Below, one piece after another: positions 35,065 to 46,800 of a DNA stretch of 64,000 nucleotides. Origin of the DNA: Oopsacas minuta (Eukaryota > Animalia > Porifera); contig JAKMXF010000233.1 of NCBI GenBank assembly GCA_024704765.1, positions 1 to 64,000 on the forward strand, given 5' to 3'. The notes under the pieces were generated by a model, which was not told where the DNA came from, did not search any database, and worked only from the letters and a program-made list of their open reading frames with translations. The stretch's first letter is position 1. Every line of letters starts with the position of its first letter. The position numbers were made by a program, and so were the translations under genes.

Positions 35065-35830
35065 ACCCAGAGATTTGCACCTCGGGTATGAATTTTTTCT
35101 AAAGGAACATTTCACCTTTTGGTGATTAATCATATTTTCACACCTTTCGTAATATTTCAAAATGATGCTAGAGATTTCGTATCAACTGCAAGTCTGGAGT
35201 AACTGATTATGAGATTTCAAATTTCAATTTTTAAATCTATATCTACATGTTTAATCATATGATCAATCATATTTTCACACCTTTTTACATCTTATTCAAA
35301 AATCATGCTAGAGATTTGGTTTTCTGCTTGTCAGGGGTAATCGAGTATTGTGTATTTCTACAGTAGTCTCAATAACGGACACTGCGGATTAGATTTTGTC
35401 CTTTGTAGGTGGGTGTCTGTTTCTCAGAGATTGATTAAGTATTATTTACATGTATTATTAACTTAGTTCGTTCAACGAGCTTGTCCGTTGTAGAGGTGTT
35501 ATCCGATTTTCAGGAGTGTCCGTTTTGGGAGACTCCACTTTATATGAATAACCATATGATTAATCAGATTTCAAACTTTTTGCATATTATTCAAATTCAT
35601 GCTTTTTTTAAATTTGGTTTTAGCTGCTAATCAGAGGTAGTCGAGTATGTAGATTTCAAATTTCTATTCTCTATTTACATGATTTATCATATGATTAATC
35701 ATATTTCACGTCTTTTTACATATTATTCAAAATCATGCAATAGATTTCCTTTCAAAAGTACAGGGAGTAATTACAGGTTTATTATTCAGAATTTTATCCA
35801 TATGATTTGAGGATAAAATATGAAGTACAG
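35065..35830 (+). mobile_element. Long copy of the HINE-like family with about 4 internal tandem subrepeats and a nested TA-TSD MITE (35361-35540)
   Basis: The subrepeat core ATGATTAATCATATTT recurs at about 35125, 35255, 35560 and 35690. The nested element end GGGAGACTCCACT matches 62092-62150 inverted. Confidence 0.65.
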
Positions 35831-36885
35831 TAGGGGATTAATTCTATTGAATATCCTAAATATTTCTTATAACCGCCCGGATCCCAAATTCAGTTTGGGT
35901 TTTGTGCATTGCGGTATCTACACGGGGTAGTCACAAACACATAACCCTAAGCTACACTAGCAGTCTGTCGGATGGACATTTTATAATTTGTCTTGAATAT
36001 AATGATACAATATTAATATCGAATCTGTGGCTCAGGGTTTCATCCAGGTTCTCAGGGGCCATACACCTAGGAATTGATTCTAACTAATTTCATAAGCCTA
36101 GACTATACATTTTGTCTTACGATATAGGAGTTTCTAGAGTGAGATATTCGTACGCCTATAGGTATATTTGCCCAAATTTATGCGCCTGTATCCGCGCCGC
36201 ATACGCCTGGATAACACCCTGTTGTGGCTCTCAATGACACCGACTGGAGCTTATGCTGGGAGGTGTTCTCCGGATTCTGTGTCACCCTAGATCATGGAAT
36301 TAGGAATTTAATGCGAGCTACAGCTGTTTAATTGGATATTTTTCGAATTAGTGAATAAAGTTTGTACTGATCAGTGACAATAAAAGTCACAGATTGGCTA
36401 TTGGCATCTCCCTATAGGATCTGTAATTGTACCCTTAACTCAATAGTGCTGACTCTCTCTATAGGATCTCCACTAAAAATATCATATATTTCGAGAGGTT
36501 TCATCATCAACCTCTCGCTTTTTTTCTAAAACTCTCGTTTATGTGTCTAGAGGTTGGCAATGAATAACATCCCGTATAAAGGACAAGAAAAAACTTTTTC
36601 CTTTTTATTAGAAAATCCATGAAGCTACTCACTCTCTACTCTTTCAATATCTTTATCCCTCAGTTTTACTCACTACTCACTACCCACAAGGTATGTAAAC
36701 TGTACTGCGTTATTTCCAATAAGGCATAACACTTCCTCGATCCCTTCTACTAAAAACTACATCTTCCGAGAATTCTCAGGAACGTAATCCCCGCGAACGT
36801 CGAGGGCCTCCTGTATATTGATAGCTTGAATTTGTCCTAAAAATTTTGGATTTTGTCCTAACTTCAGGATTGGAATTTATCAAGC

Positions 36886-37146
36886 TTAGATTGTCATCTG
36901 ATAGCTATCATAATGATAAAGAAAGTATAAAAGCAAAAAATCAGGACTGTAGTAAAGGAGCCGAGCAGATTTTGACATGCAGACATGCAGACATGCCTGA
37001 TAACCACATTTACCGGTCATGAAGGTAGGACTGAATAGCTCTGATTTTCCGTGTACAGCTTTTGTCACATGATGTATCTTCCAAAAGAAAACTGTATTAT
37101 TCATCAACTGGATCTCTCTATCTAATCTATGTATACTTCTAACCAC
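36886..37146 (-). pseudogene. TRAF-type MATH domain remnant
   Basis: VFFWKIHHVTKAVHGKSELFSPTFMTGKCGYQACLHV fits the TRAF pattern xxWKI...SxPFYT...GYKxCxR. Stops upstream, an 8-bp x3 tandem (GCATGTCT) and decay downstream. Confidence 0.7.
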
Positions 37147-37370
37147 TGAGTATTGTTAATGGCAAGCTTATTCCCCTTAGAAGCGAGGCCTTGTATTATT
37201 TCCCAGGTAGCCCTTTTCTGGGAAGCTACATGCATTAGTTTATCTATTTATTTCCATCAGTATTATTAGTTATTCGTATTTTCTAAAATTAGAATTTATT
37301 AACTCAAGCTTGCTTATTACATTTTGAGCATAAGCTAGTTTCATCACACAATTCTAATTTGATATTCATT

Positions 37371-37850
37371 GATGGCAGAAAGGATCGGTTTTCAGGAATT
37401 ACGCATATCAAGAAATGGAAGCTACTGTTTGACGCAGCTACGGCAGGTATCAGAACAACCGAAGGGAGAGGGAAGAAGGCTTTATAGATGCTACCGGACA
37501 CATTAGCAGGAGCTTAGCGGAAGAGAATTTGTAGTAGTGGTGGTACAGAGCATTTGGAGACTGGTGATATTGAAGCAGCTTTCGAAGTGTTGATCCTAAA
37601 CCTATACCCGCCCCCAGACCAACATCGAGCCCTACAAACTTGTGTAGGACGTACTGGGTATAAGGAGAAGAAATAGACTTTTTTTTCCTATCGGGTGAAG
37701 AAAGTAGGAAATGAAGCTAAGGCCCCATTGAGCATGACCTACGGCTTCTTAGTGGGGCAGCTACCTGAACCTGTACAACTTCTATTAAGGACTGGCTCAA
37801 GAAGGAAGAAAATGTAGATCTGACCACCGCCAAGAGTAGGGAATTGGAAA
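37371..37850 (+). mobile_element. Degenerate LTR-retroelement gag-like relic
   Basis: Broken frames read MAERIGFQEL / KKWKLLFDAAT / AL*MLPDTLAG / GQLPEPVQLLLRTGS, resembling retrotransposon gag (GLPxxVxxxLR). Many stops. Confidence 0.35.
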
Positions 37851-38385
37851 GTTAAGATGGTTCTGTTGGACGCCTAGAGGAGAGTCTAGCGCTATTTCCT
37901 CCTGAGTGCATGTGCTATGCAGCTTTGTACTTCACAATGCATTGACGCAAAGCTGCAACCGCGATGTATTCCATTGAGTCCTTGACGCATTGACGAATTA
38001 CAATCCAAGGATCTTATTCACAAAAATTCTAAATCCAAAATTCTAAGAATATAACTACTGCTTATCGACTAGAGTCTGGATTTTTGAACCTGGTCGCCCG
38101 CGGGTGGATTTGTTAAAATTTCATCCCACATTCCCACGTACAACTTTGGGCGCCGTCCATATATACTTTTACACCGAGAGGATTTTCTATACTCAGGGCT
38201 CGCGTAAATTTCTTTATCTACCTCCTTTGGCAACTACACGAGCTCGGCTCCTCTCCTATAAGGGAAACCCTGATGGGATTATATGACTCACGAAGCATTC
38301 ATTTATAGTATATATATATATATAATGTAATGAAAGTACGTATATTGATACCGTTATAAGCTAAAGGAAAAACATCGATCACTGG

Positions 38386-39737
38386 TCAAATAATGTCCTT
38401 AGGGATCAATTGAAGTTGAAGTAAAATTGAATCATTAATAATATAGGGAGATAGAGAACCCATTTCAAAAGAAGGTAGATCTTGGTAAACTTCATGTATA
38501 ACACGGTCTGCATTTCCTTTCCTCATCCTAGACCTACTCTCATTCATCCGATTAACTAGTTGAAAATAATAGTGGCAGATACGTAATTCCTGTATTTCCA
38601 TTTTCTCTCCAGGAGCTCTCTTTACACTAATAGATATACCACCAAACATATAAGTCACACGGTATTTCAGTGTATAACCGTATAGATTGAATGGTGAAGA
38701 TTCTACTGAGCCATGTGAAGCTAACAAATTTTTAACATCAGATATTTCCCATTCAAACTTTTCAATCAAATCCATCTCATTAATTGTTATTTCTTCCCCA
38801 CGTGCTGATTTCATGATCAGTAGAGATGTGTGGAAATTAGTGAGCGAAGCTTTGAGCTCTTTATTATCTTTCACTAGTATATTTATTGAGGATTTGAGTT
38901 CTATATTCTCTTTTTGTGTCTTTTTTATTGATAAATTGAGCTCAGAATTCTTTGCATTCTCATTTCTAGAATGTTCTACTACATCAATCATTTTCATTTT
39001 CAAATCGTACAATTCACCCTTTAATTCCCTTATTTCTGAACATAGCCCAGTTTGATGATCAATCATCTGTTGTTGTTATGTTCTTTTAATTCTTTTCTTG
39101 TAATAGAGAGAGTCTTACAGCCGAGATTATAATAAAGACAAGAAACCTTCTTTAACTCACACATATTATTTATGTGTTCTTTCAATTCATTTCTCAATAG
39201 TTTCATTCCGCATCCTTCTGGACAATCCTCTGACATCATTGGACAATTGGTCATGTGTATCTTTAGGTCCTTTGCTAGTAATGTTACATCACAATACTCG
39301 CATGTTATTTTCCTCATAGGACAGCTCTTAGCTTGATGCTGCTTCACTTCGCATTGAGCTAATACCGTTTGACATTTGAGATTATAGGGTATTTTGAGTT
39401 GTTCACAACGAGGGAGGTGTTCATCAATTTGTTTTAACTGTCCCTTCCAATTACAACCGCGTGTATTTAACGGACACATAGCATCCAGTTAATTCACACA
39501 CTCTCTTACCTCATTATTTGGCCCATCTGTGAATTGATTCGTACAATAGCTGCATATAGTTTTTCCTTTGTAACTCACTGCTAGTCTGGTTATACCATCA
39601 CATATACCACAAATTAAGAATTTCTTTTCCAGATTAGTCAACTTTTGATTTATTATATCTTGTTTATATCCCTTATGACTGTCTATAAATAGGATTTTTG
39701 AGATTAAATCAATCTCATCCATTATATTACAGTACAA
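38386..39737 (-). pseudogene. TRAF-like gene (reduced RING, TRAF zinc fingers, coiled coil, MATH) with one nonsense codon and one frameshift
   Basis: ORFs 39489..39737 and 39063..39479 are in the same frame, separated by TAA (VN*LDAMCPL). 39063..39479 and 38386..39066 are joined by a 1-nt shift at ATGA. Motifs CGICDG...CSYC, CPLNTRGCNWKG, HLPRC, CEYC and FEWEISDV...SSPFNLYGY. Confidence 0.85.
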
Positions 39738-40776
39738 ACTACAAACTCACGAATACAACCTCAATTTGACCAGACATACATTGAGAAATTAAACTAGGGC
39801 ATATTATATATAGTAGTGATAAATGACAAGAATGTATACGTGTGGAAATAAGATACTTTTGTATTCTATTTCTCCTGTATATTCTTATTGTATGCTGCCT
39901 ACCTGTCTGGCATTGCAAAATACTTATTAGTGCAGCTCCTATAGGAAGATGTCCAAATGACATGGACGATGTGCGACGTCTGTCCGCTCGGCCTTGCGAA
40001 AACTATAAGTCCAATTAACATAAACATTTCGGGTCTGAGATTTACACCTCGGGTATGAATTTTTCACACCTTTTGGGTGATTAATCATATTTCCACACCT
40101 TTCTATATAAAATTCAAAGGGATGCTTGGTTTCAACATGTTGTCAGGTAATTGAGTGCGTAGTGTCCGATTTTGGGATTTTGTGAGCCTGAAAGTTACAA
40201 ATTCACAGATTTATCATATGAATAATCAGTTCACACCTTCAGACTGATACTTCAAATAATATTATTAATTTGGTTTTAATTAACTATTAATCACTGATGA
40301 TTTTGTTTCGTCACCCCTGCCTATTTGGTAGTGGCCAAGTTTGGTCATACGACCACAGGTTGAGAAACAATGTTTTTTAGCTCCCCTGGCCTCACCCCTG
40401 ACTGGTGCTTGACCCGACCTGTCAACCTGTCCATCTCTGTACTGTCCTTTATTTGTTCCTGGTTTTTTAGTATTTGTTTTAAAGCATACAGCGTTTCCAC
40501 GTTTCTGTCAAATTCTAAGATTGTGGAGGTTCATTCGTATGGAACTTGGGATTTGGTCTATTTATTATTCATTCCATTTAAGGTAGTTCCTCGTTACCAT
40601 GTGTCCCGTTTGTCGAGGTTCCATTGTATTATCCATTGTATTAACTACAATTATTTACACTCAATTTAGATATTATATTCTTACAAGTATGCTCTCTAAT
40701 CCCAATACTATTCATTTTATTAGCATTTATATAACTCATTTTACGGTATTTGTAAATATTACGTTTGAGTGGAGAG

Positions 40777-40780
<4 letters not shown>

Positions 40781-40806
<26 letters not shown>
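40781..40806. repeat. (TA)13 microsatellite abutting the putative FRMD4 start codon
   Basis: Read directly. Other (TA)n tracts at about 33553-33570, 38310-38324 and 55397-55419. Confidence 0.95.
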
Positions 40807-40807
<1 letters not shown>

Positions 40808-43800
40808 TGCCAGAAGTCAATGTCAGAGATTGTTATATACATCTGATAGATGGATACAAGTTGACTGTTCAAGTTAGGGTTAGTTCATTCTTATGTGAAT
40901 AATCTTATGAATGTATTGATGCCCTCAATCAGGACAAATTGACAATTAACATCTTTCTTATACAGCGCAACTTCTATAACTGGGGCAATTTTGGTCCCCA
41001 TTCATACATTTCAATAGAAACGAACCTCTATAAGCGGGGAATGGGGAATGGGGAATGAGGCATGCTTTAGAGAATATTATGCCTCACACGATTGAAATGT
41101 ATCTCTATAAGTGGGAAATCTGCGAAATAATTTCTTAAATAGTCAATTTTTGTGCTAAATCGGAAAAACCACGTATTTTATGCTATGATGAATTATAATC
41201 TCGTTTTTCAATTTTTTATTTACAACAACCTTAGGGCATATTAGAATAATCAAATATCATTGAAAAGCAGTCGTTGAAGGAAGTGGCTATACATATTTAC
41301 TAAAACTCTCTAGTTAAAGGACATTTGAATTTGAAATTATAAATGTGGAGATATCAGGAGATTCGCCGCCACGACCTCCCCCACTCATAGAGGTTTTACT
41401 GTGTCTAACTTTTCTGTACAGTTGACTCTCGCGATCTCGTTACCAGATTTATGCGTTTTCAATGAATGAATCACTTTTAATTATTTAGAATCCCTGACAA
41501 GGAGTACAAATTTCGTCCGTCCTGGTCCATTCATAACGTAACCACATTAACGAGAGTGACTATTGTATTGAGGTATATTTATCGAGATTTTGTGCTTGAT
41601 GGACATATCTGTATACTTACTAACCTATATCCTTTTCACAGGATTTTCGAAAAATTCCCTGGATGAATTGAGTAATTATGTATTTGTATTCTATTCTCCA
41701 GCCACTCCAGTTGACTAGTGATTTAATGAACATAATAGCTAATCAACTCAAACTGAGAGATAAGGAATACTTCGGTCTGTATTATGAAGTTAATGGGTGA
41801 GTATGCAATATTTATGCAGGTTATTCAACATTGTGAACTTAAATATTGATTTCAATTGACAAATACAATATACTTACATTTGTACTCGTTTAGTTCATTG
41901 AGATATTGGGATAAGAACGGAGAAAGCAGTTATCATTTATATAGCGGCAGAGAGTTATACAGGTTCTTAAGAGCATGTTCCTAATGCTCCTCCTGTCAAA
42001 TTTTCTTACAGTAGAAATCGGGGTTTTTGTTTATTTCTTTACAAAAATATCCAATAAATAAAATAATTAGAAAGTGCATTCACGGCAAAAATCTTCTTTT
42101 TTACAATTTATATGGTTTTACGAGGACCACAATATCGGATACAAATACTTATCCCTATTTCAACTCTACACCTAAAGTACTTAATTAATATTATGGCATA
42201 GGGAAATAAGCTCCTTGTTCAGATTCCTATATGTATTTTGGTTCCTAAAAGAGCGCCCGAAGCTCTTAGATAATTCCCTGTATAGCATTCAGGCCATGAG
42301 TCTGATCTATGTATAGGAAAGTGGTCAGACACGGTGCTTGGCTAACCTGACTGTTAGTGTTTGTGTCGCTCTGTCATTTCTACCAAAATGTCATTACAAA
42401 GCCTTTAGCTTGGTCACTTCGTATCACTGTATGAATTAATTATATACTATTAACCTTATAGATCTTAAAATTGTAGCATCATATGGTGTAATTCTGAACT
42501 AATTTACTGCTTTATCGTAAAACAATTATGGAAAATTTAAATTATTAAGGATTACTTAATACGTATCACCAATGTGAATATTGAATTGTAGATATTACTA
42601 CTCAATATGTATGACCGTAATTTGAATAATTATTATACTTACTTAACATATTTCTATAAATATAATATCAATTGATTAATTTCAATGAATAATGACTGAA
42701 CACGTATTCAATAGTGTAATTATATTCCCTATGGTTAGCTAATAATAGCTAGAAGCTAAGTAATCATGTCCATAATCTTTCTATTACGCATTCTCCAATT
42801 TCATTCATAACTTCCAGTACTTGCTCTTTAATATCTTTCTGTATAGCTTTTATTGGTCTTGAGGCATCTAGTATTTTCCATTCAGGCTCGATTAACTGTT
42901 TAAAATTAGACAAAACTTTCTTCTGGAATGTGTCTACTTCGTAACGTTCTTCTCCGAAGTCACCTCTCCCAGCAGCTACATCCTGTGACAGACTTAGGAA
43001 TATAACTAAGTCAGGACGGGGAAGTCCTATCTCTGGGCCTCTACACCAGTCTATTGAGAAGCCAGGCTTTGCTGCAGTGAACGCTACCCCAGAATACGAG
43101 TACCTAGTTTAAATAGTATAAACAGAGAGTCGTTTTCAACTCTGTTTCTGTCCATTTTTACACACCCCTCAAAATTGATCAAAACTGTAATACCATCTCT
43201 TGTACAATTTATTGTCAACCTTGAAGCAATAATTTTTGTATAGTGAAACTTTAGACTGAATTAAGTGACTTATGAATTCGGCGTTCCAACATGCAACAGG
43301 ACTGTAGCAGCTCATGAAAACCAGTCCATCAATCATCAGTATGATATAGTAACCTGCCTTCACAGAAACCAGTTACCTAAACCGGTCTTTGCCGGCTGGC
43401 TGCTATAGCCTTGACTCAACTTACCGTAATAATGCTCACTAACATACCTATCCACAACAAGTGTAACACCACTCTTCATATCAGATATCATCTCAGCCTC
43501 ATACTCCCACCTATTAGCAGAGAATAGCAGGTGTACTGCTGAGTCATGTAATTCTATCCGCTTATTCAGGTAGTCATCTATAATTTTCCCGACTGCTGTC
43601 GTTCTCATTGGGAAATGCAAGTATTTACTGGGTATATTGATAGCGTTGAGAGATTTAGTGAGTAATTTACATTGAGTAGATTTACCCGCTTTATCCAATC
43701 CTTCTATTACGATTAGCAGGCCTCTCTGTTTGGATTCTGTCTCACTAGTTGCCATAGTAGTTACTGAATATAATGCAAATTTATAAGGTTGTTCAAATGC

Positions 43801-46800
43801 TACGTAAAACTTTGAGGTAATTTCGGGGATTTGCATTTCGTAGGTTCCTAGCGACCCAAAGATGTATGGATTCATACTTCGGATGCCTGCATTCGTTTCA
43901 TAAACATTTCAGCTTTTTTAAGTAAATTATATTAGACCGGTTATATCGAACTCCACTTGTATCAAACTAATTATCGTGGTCCCTTGAGCTTCGAAATAAC
44001 GGGAGCTGGGAATTGATTGAACTTGCTAAAATTCGCAATTTCGTATTAATTATGTATTGCAATGAATTAATGTGATTCTAGTCATGACCAAGCAAACAAT
44101 AAATTTCTGCATAGTATGCTACTAATAGAATTACATTAAAATCACTCAATTACTTTATTTACAAACAAATCCAGATAACATCTGCTGCTATGAACAATAT
44201 TTTCACGAATAATTGCTAGTATTTCTCTGAATTAGTTAAAATGAGTGTAACAGGGATAATTAAGGATAATTGCGAAACGATTTCAAATAGTTCTATTTAA
44301 TCGTGGTGGTTCTTCGCCGAATAGAATAATATATGATTGAATAAACTATAAACTTTCAACAGACAACAGGATAACTAACATATGTGTAAACAGTTAAAAT
44401 CTGGGATATATCAAGAATTTCGAAATTTGTTTCAGCCACGCGCCACGTGCTGTGATTATAATATAAAAGTGTACACGCTAAGATCAGATAGCAGATTAGG
44501 CCCAAACAAAATATTTCTGACTTAAAAGAAATTAGCCAAGTGTTTTAAAACACAAACATGATTTGGGACCATGTTTGTACAATTTCAGACTTAGCTATAA
44601 CTTATATAAGCGGATATTTCAATATTACAGAGGAGTTGACTTCATATGCTTCGATATAGTAAGCGAGTGTAATTGAATTCTACGGGTTATCGACGTATGA
44701 ACCATATGCCCTAATTCTATTATTTAATGCACGCATGTATTTCGATGTTGACTTCGTTACATGAGTTACTATAAGTTGTTAATTTAATTCCAAGTTTGCA
44801 ACCGAATAGTTCAACATTCGTGTTGACCAAGTAGTTCAATATTTGGTTGCCTCCCGAATATCAGTATTCGGTTAGCAAACAAATATATTACGTACTTGAA
44901 AAACCTTCCCGGGATCCTTAGATTATCCCCTGAATATACAAGAAATACATTTAAGAAATCGAAATCAACGCAAGAAATTGCTATTTATGGAAACATTGAA
45001 ATCCAGGGAAAATTAATATGGGTTGGTAAGTATGATAGTTAGACAATTCGTTTGGAGCTGTTTCAACCTTGTTAAATAAGTATTGATTAAGTTTTATGGT
45101 TGTCTTACATAATTAACTTAACAGGAGTGACAATTGTGATTAAATTGATAAATCATTATTCTAGCACTCAATCTTGAAACACAATGCTCTGTTATAATTC
45201 ATTCTCAGGCCATCCAGAAAGTTAAACCTACCACACACGATGTAACTTGTTGTTTGCAACTGTTGCATACAACAATGTTGGATCTTGTATCCAAGCCAGG
45301 GTTACGATGAATTAGATTATCAACCACGATACGTATACGATGCTAATAATATGACCATTACACAGATGGCTGTTAAGAATTGGCTTCTAATTGTACCCCA
45401 CATATTTATGAATCACTTATGATATCTTACAAATTATACAGGTAAGAGCGTAGTACACATTCCAGCTAATCTAACTATACAATTTGGCTTCTTGTTGTTG
45501 ATTTGACGTATACCGAACTAATATACACAAAATAGACTGAAAATTGAATTGAAAAGAGTTTGATAATTGGATCCCTAGTTTTTATCTACAAAAGAGTTTA
45601 TGTATATGCGATGCTGCCACGAGGCCCCACATCTAGTTACAAGCCTGACCAATTGATATTAAGACCAAAAAATGTTCTGAAATGACCGCTTCCGCCCCGA
45701 CTCACTCCCTCTGTATTTATTAGTGAAGGTGGAGCCAGTACGGCCTGACCAATTTTTTGAATTCTCCCATATATTTAGCTATTGCAGGACTCATGGCCTG
45801 CTTCCGTCATTCCTGTATATTCTACTGTTTGAGTGCTCATTGAATTGTTTTAGCCTTGAATTATAAACTGTTTTTTTCAGTCATAACTTATGATTACGCT
45901 TCGGTATAGACTTTTATGTAACGTTTGAACATTCCTAACTGTCCATTATATATCCAACCACTAACCTTTTATCACTCCTTTGTCTTACAGAGATTATCAG
46001 TGCTGGTTAGAGCCTGGTCGTACTGTAGTGGAGCAGGTTCCTGGTACTGATCTAGATATTATTATCCTACACTTCGGAATTATGTAAGTTCTTATTGTGT
46101 TCATTAGTTTGAGTGTATTTTATTAAAAATGACCATTCAAAGATGGAGAAATTTCAAATAATAACAACAAAGCTTTAAATTATTTTGTTTTTCTGGTTAT
46201 GGCAACTGATAACTATTAATTAATGGCAGACTTAGCTATAACTCATACAATCTCTATGAAAAAATAACAAAGGAAATTCATGTAGAACAAACTCGGCATA
46301 TTGCATTGCATGGTAGGGATAACTCTTCAATCCTACAGGGTATATCACGAGAACTTCAAACAGCTACAAGATGGAGTTGCTATAGGTCTCTACTACATAC
46401 AGTGCCAACAACTCATATATAAGGTAATGTCTAGTACAGGTAGGCGTAGGAAAGCAAACTCATATTGAATTTCAGATATCTATTAGATGCTCCATAGTAA
46501 ATATAAATACAAATCCAGTAGACTCTCTTTAAAAATGCAACACCCAGGGAACCTCGAAATTCCTTAGCTCTAAAATTCATATTGACCGTTTTGATTTCAA
46601 TTGAAAAGGTATTGAAGGAGAGTGAAAATTTTTATCCCGAAATTCTATTAAACTAACAACTTTTCCTGCAACATCAAGTGTAGGAATTGTTTGAATTCCA
46701 AATGTGAGAATCAAATACCGTATTTCTTGAATAAGCTCTGGGGCTTGAATATCGCATACCTACACAAGCGAATATAAATATATTTTTATTCCATTGAGGC

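Noticed and set aside
31050-35830. Composite transposon carrying the FMO between inverted repeats
   Set aside because: The two inverted copies belong to a family scattered through the window, differ in structure, and show no shared TSD.
39063-39066. ATGA overlap suggesting a prokaryote-style coupled operon
   Set aside because: The parts are consecutive domains of one TRAF protein. A 1-nt deletion explains the overlap, and no Shine-Dalgarno context is evident.
41036-41060. GGGGAAT repeats as a G-quadruplex
   Set aside because: Only three full G-tracts, and the fourth is interrupted.
43169-43363. 64-aa minus-strand ORF
   Set aside because: Lies inside the DTYMK intron (43104-43447).
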